A program made the position numbers and the translations under genes. DNA of 64,000 nucleotides from Podarcis gaigeae (taxonomy: Eukaryota), in assembly GCA_964106915.2 (NCBI GenBank), contig OZ066920.1, one strand, 5' to 3'. This document shows positions 11,533 through 22,270 of the stretch, piece by piece. Below the pieces are notes generated by a model. It was not told where the DNA came from. It searched no databases and worked only from the letters and a program-made list of their open reading frames with translations. Position 1 is the first letter of the stretch; the number at the start of each line of letters is the position of its first letter.

Positions 11533-12699
11533 CGTTGTGTAATGGACAGACAGAGACACAAAGAAGATGGACGTGAGAGGATGTACTCAGAAGGAAAAAC
11601 TGACACTGAGGGAAAGGGCCACAATTGTTTGAGAAAGAAACCTGCAGCGCATAATCAGTCAATGGGAAAAAGAAAACACAAGAAACACCAAAAGGAACAA
11701 AGTATTCATTTGAACCAGAAAGGAACAGAAAAATGTTAGTGATCGGGGGAGAAAAACAGTATTTAAGCTGTCCAACCAGTGTGGCTAGGAAAGAGGAAAG
11801 AAAGAGATGTGTTCAGTCCACGAATATTCAGCTTACCTAAAGATTTATTCTGGGATAAAATTAAATGTTAGCTCTGATTTTTTTATTCATTTTCACATTA
11901 TTAAGTAGTTTAGAAACTTTATATTGTCTATTTTGAATGAAGATGAACCATCTTCCTTACATAGCAGGAAAGCAGTGAAAAAATCACATTTTCGGGGGGG
12001 GGGGGAATCCATGCTTTCTAGAATGCCCAGTTAGAATGAATATTAATTGAACAAATGCATATATATATTTGAACTATTAATCAAGCTAAGCAACTAAAGG
12101 CTGAAAGACAAGGTAAGTTAAAACTGGCAGCTTGACCGAGTGCAATTGGGCTTACAGGAAGATAGAATTCAGATCATGCATGGCTCTAACCTAACCAGAA
12201 AATTATATTTCCCCTCAATCACATACTTCATACATCTGATTTAATGATTAGCAATTAATACAGATGAAGCAAAAACAGTATGGGAGTCCAAAATGTGGCA
12301 TTAGACAATTTGAAACTAAATTAAGAACTACCCACTTAAAGCAATACAACTGACCTGGGCAGCTTTTCACTCCTTTTTTTATTAAAGTCAGCATAAATTA
12401 CCAAATAATTTTGAATCCCATAAGCCATTCATATATTCAAAATCTTCTCAGAATTCATCAGCCCTAATATAATCTTAATTCACAGTTGCATCTGGTCCAT
12501 CAAGGCTCTGCCTGCCCTCTTCCCCAAATGCCTGGCTCTTTAGCAGGCAAAGTGAAGCTGCATGGAGCAGGGGATATTCCCAGCAGACTAAGGTTCCTAC
12601 AACATTAATGGCTTAAAATACAAAGAGGTTGATTCCCCCCAGGCCCAGATCTGCCACCTGAGAGGACTGGCTCACCGTGCTTCATAGGTAGGCAAGCCC

Positions 12700-13800
12700 T
12701 GGCACAACAGCACTCATTGCACTGTTGATTATCAGTAACTGGTATTCAGAGGTATGTTGCCTCCAATATTGATAGCAGTATATAGCCATCATGGCTAGTA
12801 GCCACTGATAGCCTTATCCTCCATGAATTTGTTTAATCCCCTAATCTTTTGGCAGCAAATTATATTGTTAAAGAAGCATTTCCTTTTGCTGTCCTGAATC
12901 TCCCAACACCCAGCTTCATTCTAGTTTTATGAGAAAGGGAGAGAAACTTTGCTCCATAGACTTTCTCCACATTATGAATATTTTTATATATAGCTGTCCT
13001 GTCTCTGCTCCTTACTCATCTTTCTCCCCTAAACTAAAAAGCTCTGAATGTAATCTTTTCCTTGAATGAGAATTCCTCCACTCCCTTGATTATTTTGCTT
13101 GCCCTTTTCTGAACCTATGCCAGCTCTACAATATCCTTTTTGAGATGAAGTGGCCAGAACTGTATACAGTATCCCAAATATAGTCTCACCATATGTTCAT
13201 ATGATGACATTACGATATTGGCATTTATTTTCAACCCCTTGCCTAATGATCCTTGGCATAGAATTAGGCCTTTTTCACTTGCTGGGCCAACAGCTTCATT
13301 GAGCTATCCACTACAACCCCAGTCACCACCAGTTCAAACCCCATCATTGCATAGGTGAAGTTAGTATTATTTGTCCAACTGTGCATCACTTTACACTTGC
13401 ATTCATTGAACCACATTTGTCATTTAATGCCCATTCATCCAGTTTGGGGAGCTCCTTTTGGAGCTCCTTGAAATTCCCTTTTGTTCTTATCCAAGTGTCA
13501 TCAGCAAACTTGGTTCCCTCATTGCTCACCTCTAACTTAAGGTCATTCATGTGCAAGTAAAAAGCACAGGTCCCAATACATATAGTTGGGGAACCCCACT
13601 TCTTAAATCCCTCTATTGTGAGAACTGAGACTTTATCAAAAGTTTTTTGAAAATCTAAGTACTGTATACTGTACATTGTTGGATTGGATCACCCCTATCC
13701 ATATGCTTATTGATACTGTCAAATAACTCTAAAGGGTTAGTCAGGAAGGATATATTCTCTTGGAAGCTACACTGGTTCTGCTTCAGCAAGACTTGTTGTT
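12700..13800 (-). mobile_element. CR1 LINE 3' portion (RT fragment)
   Basis: ORF 13386-13676 contains YLDFQKTFDKV and KFADDT (CR1 RT motifs). CR1-type 3' UTR near 12720-12900. Confidence 0.85.
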
Positions 13801-13818
13801 CTATGACAATAAAGATGA

Positions 13819-13819
<1 letters not shown>

Positions 13820-13870
<51 letters not shown>

Positions 13871-13871
13871 T
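13820..13871. repeat. (TAT)n microsatellite
   Basis: Direct tandem repeat. Confidence 0.9.
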
Positions 13872-15995
13872 TGGTAATTCCATTTTAATAACGCTTCCCA
13901 TCAGTTCCACCAATCAGTTGGGTGGAACCTGTCCCCAAGATCCCCATTTTGAATACTTAATAAAGGAATTGTAAGCAGAACCTTCTCCATAGATTTCAGC
14001 TGGTGACTATATAGAGAAAGATGCCTCAAATATGCAAGGCCCCTGACTTAGAATCTTTCTTGCAGCTGGTGCAGCTACCACACTTGGACATGCTCTCCAC
14101 ATCCCATGCTTGATAGTCAGTGGGAGCCTGTATCTTATGCTACCTGAAGGTTCTGAGCATTAGTAATCAATGGAACACGTTACAGTAGCCAATTACTAAG
14201 ATTACAAAAGTTTGGCAAATGTTAAATAAACACCCATATTCCAGATAAAGTTGCAACAAGCAATTTCCTCCTACGGTATAAGTACGGTAGTCTGGTCTGC
14301 TCTTTCAGCACAGTCCAGTAATGTGTTTTGCATCACTCAAAGGCATGGGAGATCTTCAGTAATGTAGTTTATAATCACCTTTATAGATAGTTATCATGTC
14401 TCCACACCTATGTACAGTTGATCTAAAAAGGGCCTATAGATCAGGCAACCTTGTTTCTACTCCACAAATATGTCCAAACATGATTATGTCTCCAGATCAC
14501 GAGACTTGGAAGTTATATTAAGATAGAACAGAAAGGTCAGTGGGGTTTTTAAGAAGGTACTAACAACACATAAACAAAGAATTTATATCTGCAAGGAGGT
14601 TGGCAATTCTGAATTGGTCTCAAAACAGGGCTCAGTGTTGAGCTATAAATTAATTGCTGACAGAATGGAAAGCTAGTACTTTGACAGTATTTCTCTTTTT
14701 TACTTCACTTATAACCCACATCTAAAAGTGAGCGATGGCAGAGGAACATTTTGAGAGAACAAGAGTACAGAGGACTTTTAGTGACACTATCTGGGAAAGG
14801 TAGCTTCCCTTACACTGTTATAAACTTGACTTTTACAATCTCATATGTATCCTTGAGAGTAGGAGAAAGCTGCAGACCTGCAAGGAAAAGCAAGGAACTG
14901 AATGCAAATAATTCTTTTTCAATCAAATGTATCCCTCCTGGCAAATGATTGCTCATCTATTCAAGTAGATACAATCTGACAGAATAATTAAGGCATATTG
15001 GATCCATCTTTTGGGCACAAATAGTCAGGCCTTCTAACCTACTCACAACTTGTGGAATGCTATCAACTTTGCACCAGTTGATGGAACTGACTTCCCCTTC
15101 CTCTACTTTCCTTACAGTCCTGCACATATTTCCAAAATCTGTTCCAGAGGCTCCCCCAAGATTCCAGAACACATTTTGGGTATCACATTGGGGGGCAGTA
15201 GGGGAGAGAGACAAAGTATGTTGCAAAAGTAGTCTGATGTTGGATATCACCCACTATCCATACATCTAACACAGCATATGTTAGATCTTCACATTCCACA
15301 CCCCTCTCAGCAAACAAGCACCCCGTCTGCCCCAAATCCCAACTATATAGCTTTCAAATGTAACAATGGCTGATTTCTAGCCATTCAGATTTCCCATTTA
15401 TTGCATGCATGTTTTCCCATCTTCTTAGAGAAAGTTGATTCCTTTTCAGCATGACTCTTACAATCCACTCACTTCCAAACACCATTGTTTATATATTTTG
15501 CTTTCATAATAACCCCTTTCACCAACACCTTGTTTTCTATTCCCCCTCCCGCACTCTTTTGGCTCCACATTCCTTCGCCACTTTGTCATTTACAACCACA
15601 TTATGCCCCTTTCCCCCATAGTAAAAATAACCCAGACCAACCTCCTAAAACCCTCCTGGCTTTGGTCATTTAATACCCTTGAACATGTTTAATTCCTGAT
15701 TTTAAAATGTATCAATTATGACAAAAGAATGGAACATTTTTGTAAAAAATTACTAACTTAAGCCAAGCACGTTTTTTAATTAATGGGCTTTCTAACACAA
15801 GTGGCTCTATTTTCGCTACTCTAAAAAAAGAAACTGTGCCACATGACTAATCTAAATAATTGCTACAAACTAAAAATAAAAATAAAAATCACAAAGTGAA
15901 AAAAGGTACATTAAGCACACACTCATTACAAAAGCATGAAATGTAACAATTTTATAGTCTCATGCTTTCAGGTGGTTTTCCAAACCCTGACAAAC

Positions 15996-16085
15996 CTGGC
16001 TGAGTATGATGTTTCTTTCTTGGCAATGATTTGTCATCAGTTATTGTACCATTCACCTTTTTCTGCTGGTCTTCCCATGTAACTT
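15996..16085 (-). CDS. RIMS2: Candidate RIMS2 90-nt cassette exon, (E/K)VTWEDQQKKVNGTITDDKSLPRKKHHTQP
   Basis: Acceptor tctgatttcttttggtttacgctag|AAG, donor CCAG|gtttgt. 90 nt, open in the phase-1 frame set by exon 24773-24882, in a repeat-free context. Confidence 0.65.
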
Positions 16086-17637
16086 CTAGCGTAAACCAAA
16101 AGAAATCAGAGCTTGTCAGAAACATTAATTAACTTCTGTAAGATACCTAACATCATTTGATGAAGTTCAGTCTAAAGTACAATCACTGGTAGGGCCAGAA
16201 CTAGATTCTGTTTTTTCTTCGTTGACCATGTAGTATTTTACAAGGATTAAAGTATGTTTAGGTTTAGAGCTTCCTACTACAAAAAAGCTAATATAATATA
16301 TAGCCAATATAATTCTTAAAAACAGCAGTTTTATTTGTATGTTTATTTTAGTGCTATTAATTTACATGACTCTTTATTGTTAGGCCCCTGCACGAAGGAT
16401 CTTACGATCTAAAATTTGACATAAGGGAGGCAACAGAGGAAGGGGTATAGTCAGGGGTAAAAATGGGGGACATAAAAATTATTTCAGTAACACAAATGTT
16501 GACTTAGTAGCAGTAGGCTCATTTATATTTGGCTTAATTATTTAGGCTTGCTTATAGCAAAAGCCTATGCATATTTACCCATAAATAAGTCCCATTGTGG
16601 GGCTTACTCCCAGATAAATGTGTTTAGGATTGCAGTATTAGTTATTTATAATGGTGTTCTCCCCCCATCCCCAATTCAAACTAACCAGTATGTCCCAAAA
16701 TAGGTAGAAAATATAATATATAATATAATGCACATTTTGGAATTCCTTGCTGGTTTTACTGCCAGCTAACAAATTACAAACTACCTTGTTAGATCAGATC
16801 AAAGTTTTCAAAAGTGGCTACTCAGAAGACTCTGGAAACTCACAAGAAGTCATGAAGATTATAGCCTTCCCGCTGTGTGTCACCACTGTCTGTGGCTCAG
16901 AGATTTACTGGCTCTGAACATAAAGGATCTATTTAGCTGCTTGGCTTACAGTCTTGATATACCCATTCACCAAAAATTGGTTTAATCTTTTGTAAGGACA
17001 TAAGAACACAAAAATAGCTTTCTGGATCAGGCCAATGGCCCATCTAGTCCAGCACCCGGTTCTCAGACGTTTTAGTGTTCCAAAGTGCTATACTATGCAT
17101 TTCTACTCAGAAGAAAATCCCATCCAATTCAATAGATTTACACAAAGTAAATGTGCACTGGATTGCACATACTGTACTTGCAGATAAACTGTGATACCTG
17201 GATAGCAGTGAAGCAGGAATAAACTTCCCTATGTGTAAAATACCTCTTAAATTTAGGACTTCATGAACAGAAGTTCCAACAAGAAGGAAGGTCTGATGCT
17301 ATAATGATTGTTAGGCAACCCAACTCTTTTGAAAACAAAACAAGACATAAGTTTCCTCATCTCTTTCATCTGCCTCTCTTCTCTTCCAAGCTGAAAGAAA
17401 CATTAGTGTATGGCATGGTACTGCAGAGATGCTTAACTGACCACCTGCAGCTACTTATCAGATGAGAGAGGGGGAGGGGCAAAGCACAAGGTGGGGTAGT
17501 GGAAACACACTGGCAGGGGCACTGGATTTGCTCCATTAGTGTGTTTGTACCCATACAATTTACTTTCCTTTTTTTCTTCCTATCTCTTTTTCCATTTTGT
17601 ACTTTTATCCATTAGAGTGTTTGCCATTATTTTAAAC

Positions 17638-17776
17638 CAGTGATGGCCAAACTTGGCCCTCCAGCTGTTTTGGGACTACAATTCCCATCATCCCCGACCA
17701 CTGGTTCTGTTAGCTAGGGATGATGGAAGTTGTTGTAGTCCAAAAACAGCTGGAGGGCCAGGTTTGGCCATCACTG
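17638..17776. mobile_element. hAT-type palindromic MITE
   Basis: TIR CAGTGATGGCCAAAC...GTTTGGCCATCACTG with 8-bp TSD TTTTAAAC (17630-17637, 17777-17784). The element is almost entirely a hairpin. Confidence 0.9.
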
Positions 17777-19519
17777 TTTTAAACTGTAAGCAGCTGTGAG
17801 TGCATTGGCAGAAAGGCAACATATAAATATTGTAAGCAAAAAAGCCAAATAAATAAATGATTTGGCACATTAATTCCTTAACACTATAATTTGCATTTAT
17901 TGTTTTGATTAGATTAACTAGGTTTTATTTTGCTTGCACATTTTAAATAAACTCAACGAGGAAAATTCAACATTGCTTTCTTCTGTATAGATAGCATAAT
18001 AGATTTGCACCTGTGTTTATATTCTTGTAACAATGCGCTCATACAGAGAGAGAGAGAACCAGCAAAATATACTTGAGTTTTGCAGCTTTTCAGATACCTC
18101 CCTTCTAAACACTATAAGCATGGAAATAGGCAAAAGTTGAAAGCTTGATTCTCAGGACCATGAAGAAATTAGACTAAACTTGTAATGGGTGCTCTTTCCT
18201 AATGTGGGTGCAGCTCCCATTGCTGGAGTGATGCCGAAAGGGCTCATCAGAACCCTGCTTCTCTCCTTCCATCCCAAATTATTCCAAACTTAACTAGCTT
18301 GCACTAAGAGTGGGTAGTGTAAAACAGGACCCTACAGGGATCACTGAATCCATAGCAAGGAAGATCATACACATACACCAGGCTTGAGTTCACTTAATTT
18401 CTCTTGGCCTCCTCAGCTTCAAGTGCATTTCAAGACTGTAATCTTGCAGACAGGCTGCTTAAATCCCATCTGTCCCAGAAGATTTAAACAGCTTAACAGC
18501 ATACAGGATCACAGTCAAAATATTCTAGCTGCTGTTGCATATTGTCCTTTCTGTCTTACATAGTGTACACGGCAGGCCCATGTACATTGTAGCTGTGGGG
18601 GGGTGCAGAAGCAGGCAGCAAATGACAACACACACACAATTACGCTGGATTCAATTAGGCTGTAACTTCATTGATTACAATGCAAGAGGTTTAGGGTAGG
18701 CATTGGGCATGTATCCATGTGACCAACCAGCCTGCCTGCTTGTTAATGAGCTGTATTTTAGCAGCTGAGGCTGACCACTGCTGGGGTTCACCACAGTGTG
18801 AACTACTTCTGCCGAACCTCCTCTGGCCACTGGTGGGGGGGGTGCAATGGCCTGTCAGCACCTGAGCCGGGCTTCTGGACAGAAATTTCCACCCTCCAAG
18901 GTCCCTTAGGGGGATCCACCGTTGGGCTGCGGCCAGGTGCCCTTCCTCTGTCCCTCCCTCCTAAGGATCCAGCCAAATGCTTCTTCCGCTGTAGGAAAGT
19001 TTTGACAATTGCTGTGAGGTAAGCAAAAGCCCACAGGAAATGATCGGTCTGCCTGTGGGTAAAATTTCCACCCCATCCACCCCACCACGTCCTGAATCCA
19101 GCAGCCAACAAATTGTCCATAGGAATGCACTCATTTTAAACAGTGTAAAAATCTGGAAAATGGAATCGCAATTACAATAAATACAAGTAGAGGGTAGGTG
19201 GGAAGATTGGCTGGAAGCTGTGATGGTGGAAGCTGGGCAGGTCTGCCAGACTTTCAAAATCTGCACTTTGGTTTGCCCCAGAAGCTCTGCCCCCTGAGGA
19301 CCCAGCAATGAATCTCTCAGCCTCACCCACAGTCTCTGCTGTCTGTGTCGTTGCAAAGAGTGTAAAGCACTTTGCAGCAGGCATGAGGTTCCAGATACGG
19401 CTCCCTTCTTCCCCAACAGCTGTGCTGGGTCAAACGAGCATTCCCGGTTGCAATGTGGGATACGTTTTGCAATAGGTGCAATAAGAAAACTGTTAATATT
19501 ATTCCCAATAATAGAAGTT

Positions 19520-19570
19520 AAAGGTAAAAGGTAAAGGACCCCTAAATGGTTAAGTCCAGTCAAAGGCGAC
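19520..19570 (-). mobile_element. 5'-truncated Sauria SINE 3' end
   Basis: AAAGGTAAAAGGTAAAGGACCCCTAAATGGTTAAGTCCAGTCAAAGGCGAC is the reverse complement of the Sauria SINE tail. Confidence 0.8.
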
Positions 19571-19700
19571 AGAAGATCAGTGTATGACAATAACTAAATA
19601 TTAATGCACTGTTAACTAAGCTAATAGACAACATGCAACATAAACTACAAGTAATATAGCTCTACACAAACACAATCTAGTAGTTATGGCATGAACTTGC

Positions 19701-19742
19701 CTTTCCTCCCACTAACAGGTGTATGATGTTTTTCCTCACAAT
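19701..19742 (-). CDS. RIMS2: Candidate RIMS2 42-nt microexon with GC donor, (N)CEEKHHTPVSGRK
   Basis: Branch-point-like TACTAAT, pyrimidine tract tttcactctctgtttttattgccataaag|AT, donor AAG|gcaagt (consensus GC-AG context). 42 nt, phase 1/1, no stop. Confidence 0.6.
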
Positions 19743-20016
19743 CTTTATGGCAATAAAAACAGAGAGTGAAAATTAGTAATTACATAAGAGATGACACAGT
19801 GTTCTTCCCAAACCACCCAAGTGTTAATACACAGAAGCAAACACAATCCTCATGTATCATTTGCAATAATAATAACACACAGAGCTTCACACTTGTTCTA
19901 CTAAAATCTTCTTAAATCAATGTAACCCAACAATTATATCAACAAAGGTAAATAATAATCAATTACAAGGTCCACAATCAAAACAGTTATTTATGTGCAG
20001 GTAAGGGAAGTATCAT

Positions 20017-20368
20017 GGGACGCAGGTGGCACTGTGGTCTAAACCACAGAGCCCAGGGCTTGCTGATGAAAAGGTCGGCAGTTCAAATCCCCAAGACAGG
20101 GTGAACTCCTGTTGCTCGGTCCCTGCTTCTGCCAACCTAGCAGTTTGAAAGAACGTCAAAATGCAAGTAGATAAATAGGTACCGCTCCGGTGGGAAGGTA
20201 AACGGCATTTCCCAGTGCTGCTCTGGTTCGCCAGAAGCGGCTTAGTCATGCTGGCCACAGCTGTCTGCAGACAAATGCCATTTCCCTCGGCCAGTAAAGC
20301 GAGATGAGCACCGCGACCCCAGAGTCGTCCATGACTGGACTTAACGGTCGGGGTCCCTTTACCTTTTA
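20017..20368 (+). mobile_element. Sauria SINE, near full length
   Basis: GGGACGCAGGTGGCACTGTGGTCTAAACCACAGAGCC...GGGGTCCCTTTACCTTTT with 13-bp TSD AAGGGAAGTATCA (20003-20015, 20369-20381). Confidence 0.93.
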
Positions 20369-21049
20369 AAGGGAAGTATCAGGGCTGTCTCTAGACCTCA
20401 GGCACCAGATGTCTATAGGGCCATTTTGATCTCTTCATTGCCCCTCCTCTTAGCCTTCCATTGCAGCTCATCCTCCTCATCCACCAACAATAAGCCTCAC
20501 AAGCACAAAGCCTGATTAAATCACATTGTCGAATATGGACAGTGCTGGTGGGGGCAACAGAAAACCTTCCAATATCCTACCCACTAGGAAATTAGAAATA
20601 GGTCCATATTTCTCAAATTTCCAAAGCAACAGAGTTGGATTCAGAGTTGTGTGAAAAATTTCCCTCGAGAGTTGGGGAATGTTCTGGAATGGTGCATAAT
20701 ATAATATGAGCTGGGGATAAACCTTATGAAAGGAAAGAGGTTTTTCAGGAGTAGCAGTGTGGAGAAGGTTAAGTCCTACTGCATGAGCAGCCTTCCATTT
20801 GCTATACTCTCTTCTCTTTTTATATTCCTTTAGAATGTCACTGTTTTTTGGGATGGTGTTAGAATGTTTTTTCCAGTCTATACAGTACTGGGCAAGATAC
20901 TGGGTATTGGAGAACTAAAGCTTTGGAAGGTCAACTATAAGGACACTGTTGCTCAGAGAGTCTCCTCTCCCCCACTAGCCATCTTCATCCCATACATCCC
21001 ATATTAGCACCTTGATGATGACCCTCATCACATTTTTCTCAATTAAAAA

Positions 21050-21280
21050 GTCAAAAACAGTATAACCTTTCCTTGTAAAGAAGATGCTCAAACACTATTT
21101 TGGTGCCCCTTTTCTTCATATTTTGCAGCTCTATAACATCCTTTTTGAGATGGGGTGAACAGAACTGTACACAGTATTTCAAGTATGACTGCACTATACA
21201 TTTGGATAATATCATTCTGATACTTGCAGTAAAATTTTTGATTCTAAAGGCACAACAGTCAACCATCTAAGTCACCCACC
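21050..21280 (-). mobile_element. CR1 LINE fragment
   Basis: ORF 21051-21266 contains YLKYCVQFCSPHLKKDVIELQNMKKRGTK, matching the CR1 LEYCVQFWSPHLKKD motif. Confidence 0.8.
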
Positions 21281-21689
21281 AACTATAGATCAATCCATGC
21301 AAACTAGATAACAAAGTGTCACAGAAATACTTAGGGAGGAATAGCTCCAGATCAGGTCAAGTTCTGACAATTATCAAAGTTCTGGTGGCCCAGCAGAGAC
21401 TTAGTAAAGCTCTCATTTTCAGTGGCTTCCCAGAACTGCAAAAACAGAGGGGATTGGTTTGGTAAACACAAGCTAACGGGCTCATTCAACTTGATTCATC
21501 ACTAGTTGGACCTATCTGCTCCAAATCCAAGTCACACTGCTGGAGAAGGCAAAAATCCAGAAAACCCACAAAACATAATCTATATAACTTTTTAATAAAA
21601 TTGTTTTAATAATGGTGTTAGAACTCTGGCCTAAAAGTTTCAGATGAATGCGACTGAAGGACATTTCAGCACTGGAGATATTTAGCCAT

Positions 21690-22270
21690 CTATGCAGTAA
21701 ATAAGACCGCTTCTTAAGAAAACATCCCCAGATTCTGAAAACCTAAGTAATTGCCAGCCAGTTGTCAATCTCCCTTCTGAGGGGCAAGGTCTCGAGTGGG
21801 TGGTTGCTGAACAGATCCAGGCACTCTTGAAAGAGACTGATTTCCTAGACCCATTTCAATCAGGATTTTGGCTTGACTTTGGCACAGAAACTTCCTTGGT
21901 CACTTTATATGATGATCCTTGGCAGGAAAGAGACAGGGGCAAAGGGCAGCTCTATTTCTCCTTTGCATTACAGGAATGGCAGTGGATGTGCTAGATGGCT
22001 TGCCTCGGTAATGGACTGGATGAGAGCCGACAAACTGAAGCTCAATCCAGATAGGACAGAGGCACTATCAGTGATAGTTCCCTAGACTGGATAGCTGGGA
22101 GACTGCCTGTTTTTGAGGGTGTTACACTCCCTCTTAAGGAGCAGGCACATAGCTTGGGGGTGCTACTGAATCCATTACTACATGGATTCAGTGGCCTCAG
22201 TGGTGCAGAGTGCCTTCTGTCAGCTTTGACTGGTGGCCAAGCTACACCCGTACCTGGACTGGGATAGCAT
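21690..22270 (+). mobile_element. L2-clade LINE RT fragment
   Basis: LDPFQSGF...GTETSLVTLYDD and WMRADKLKLNPDRTE are L2 ORF2 motifs. Confidence 0.85.

Noticed and set aside
11413-11739. 108-aa K/R/E-rich ORF
   Set aside because: It is the antisense reading of the pyrimidine tracts flanking the 11491-11532 microexon.
14813-14900. Acceptor ttttccttgcag|G with downstream gtaagg
   Set aside because: The resulting exon is frameshifting with no other support.
17310-17415. Strong acceptor cactaatgtttctttcag|CTTGG on the minus strand
   Set aside because: No credible donor before the in-frame TAA; cannot be supported as an exon.
18961-19590. Longest ORF in the track (209 aa, minus strand)
   Set aside because: Begins in a Sauria SINE tail, has no recognisable domain and runs into repeat-like sequence; a chance ORF.
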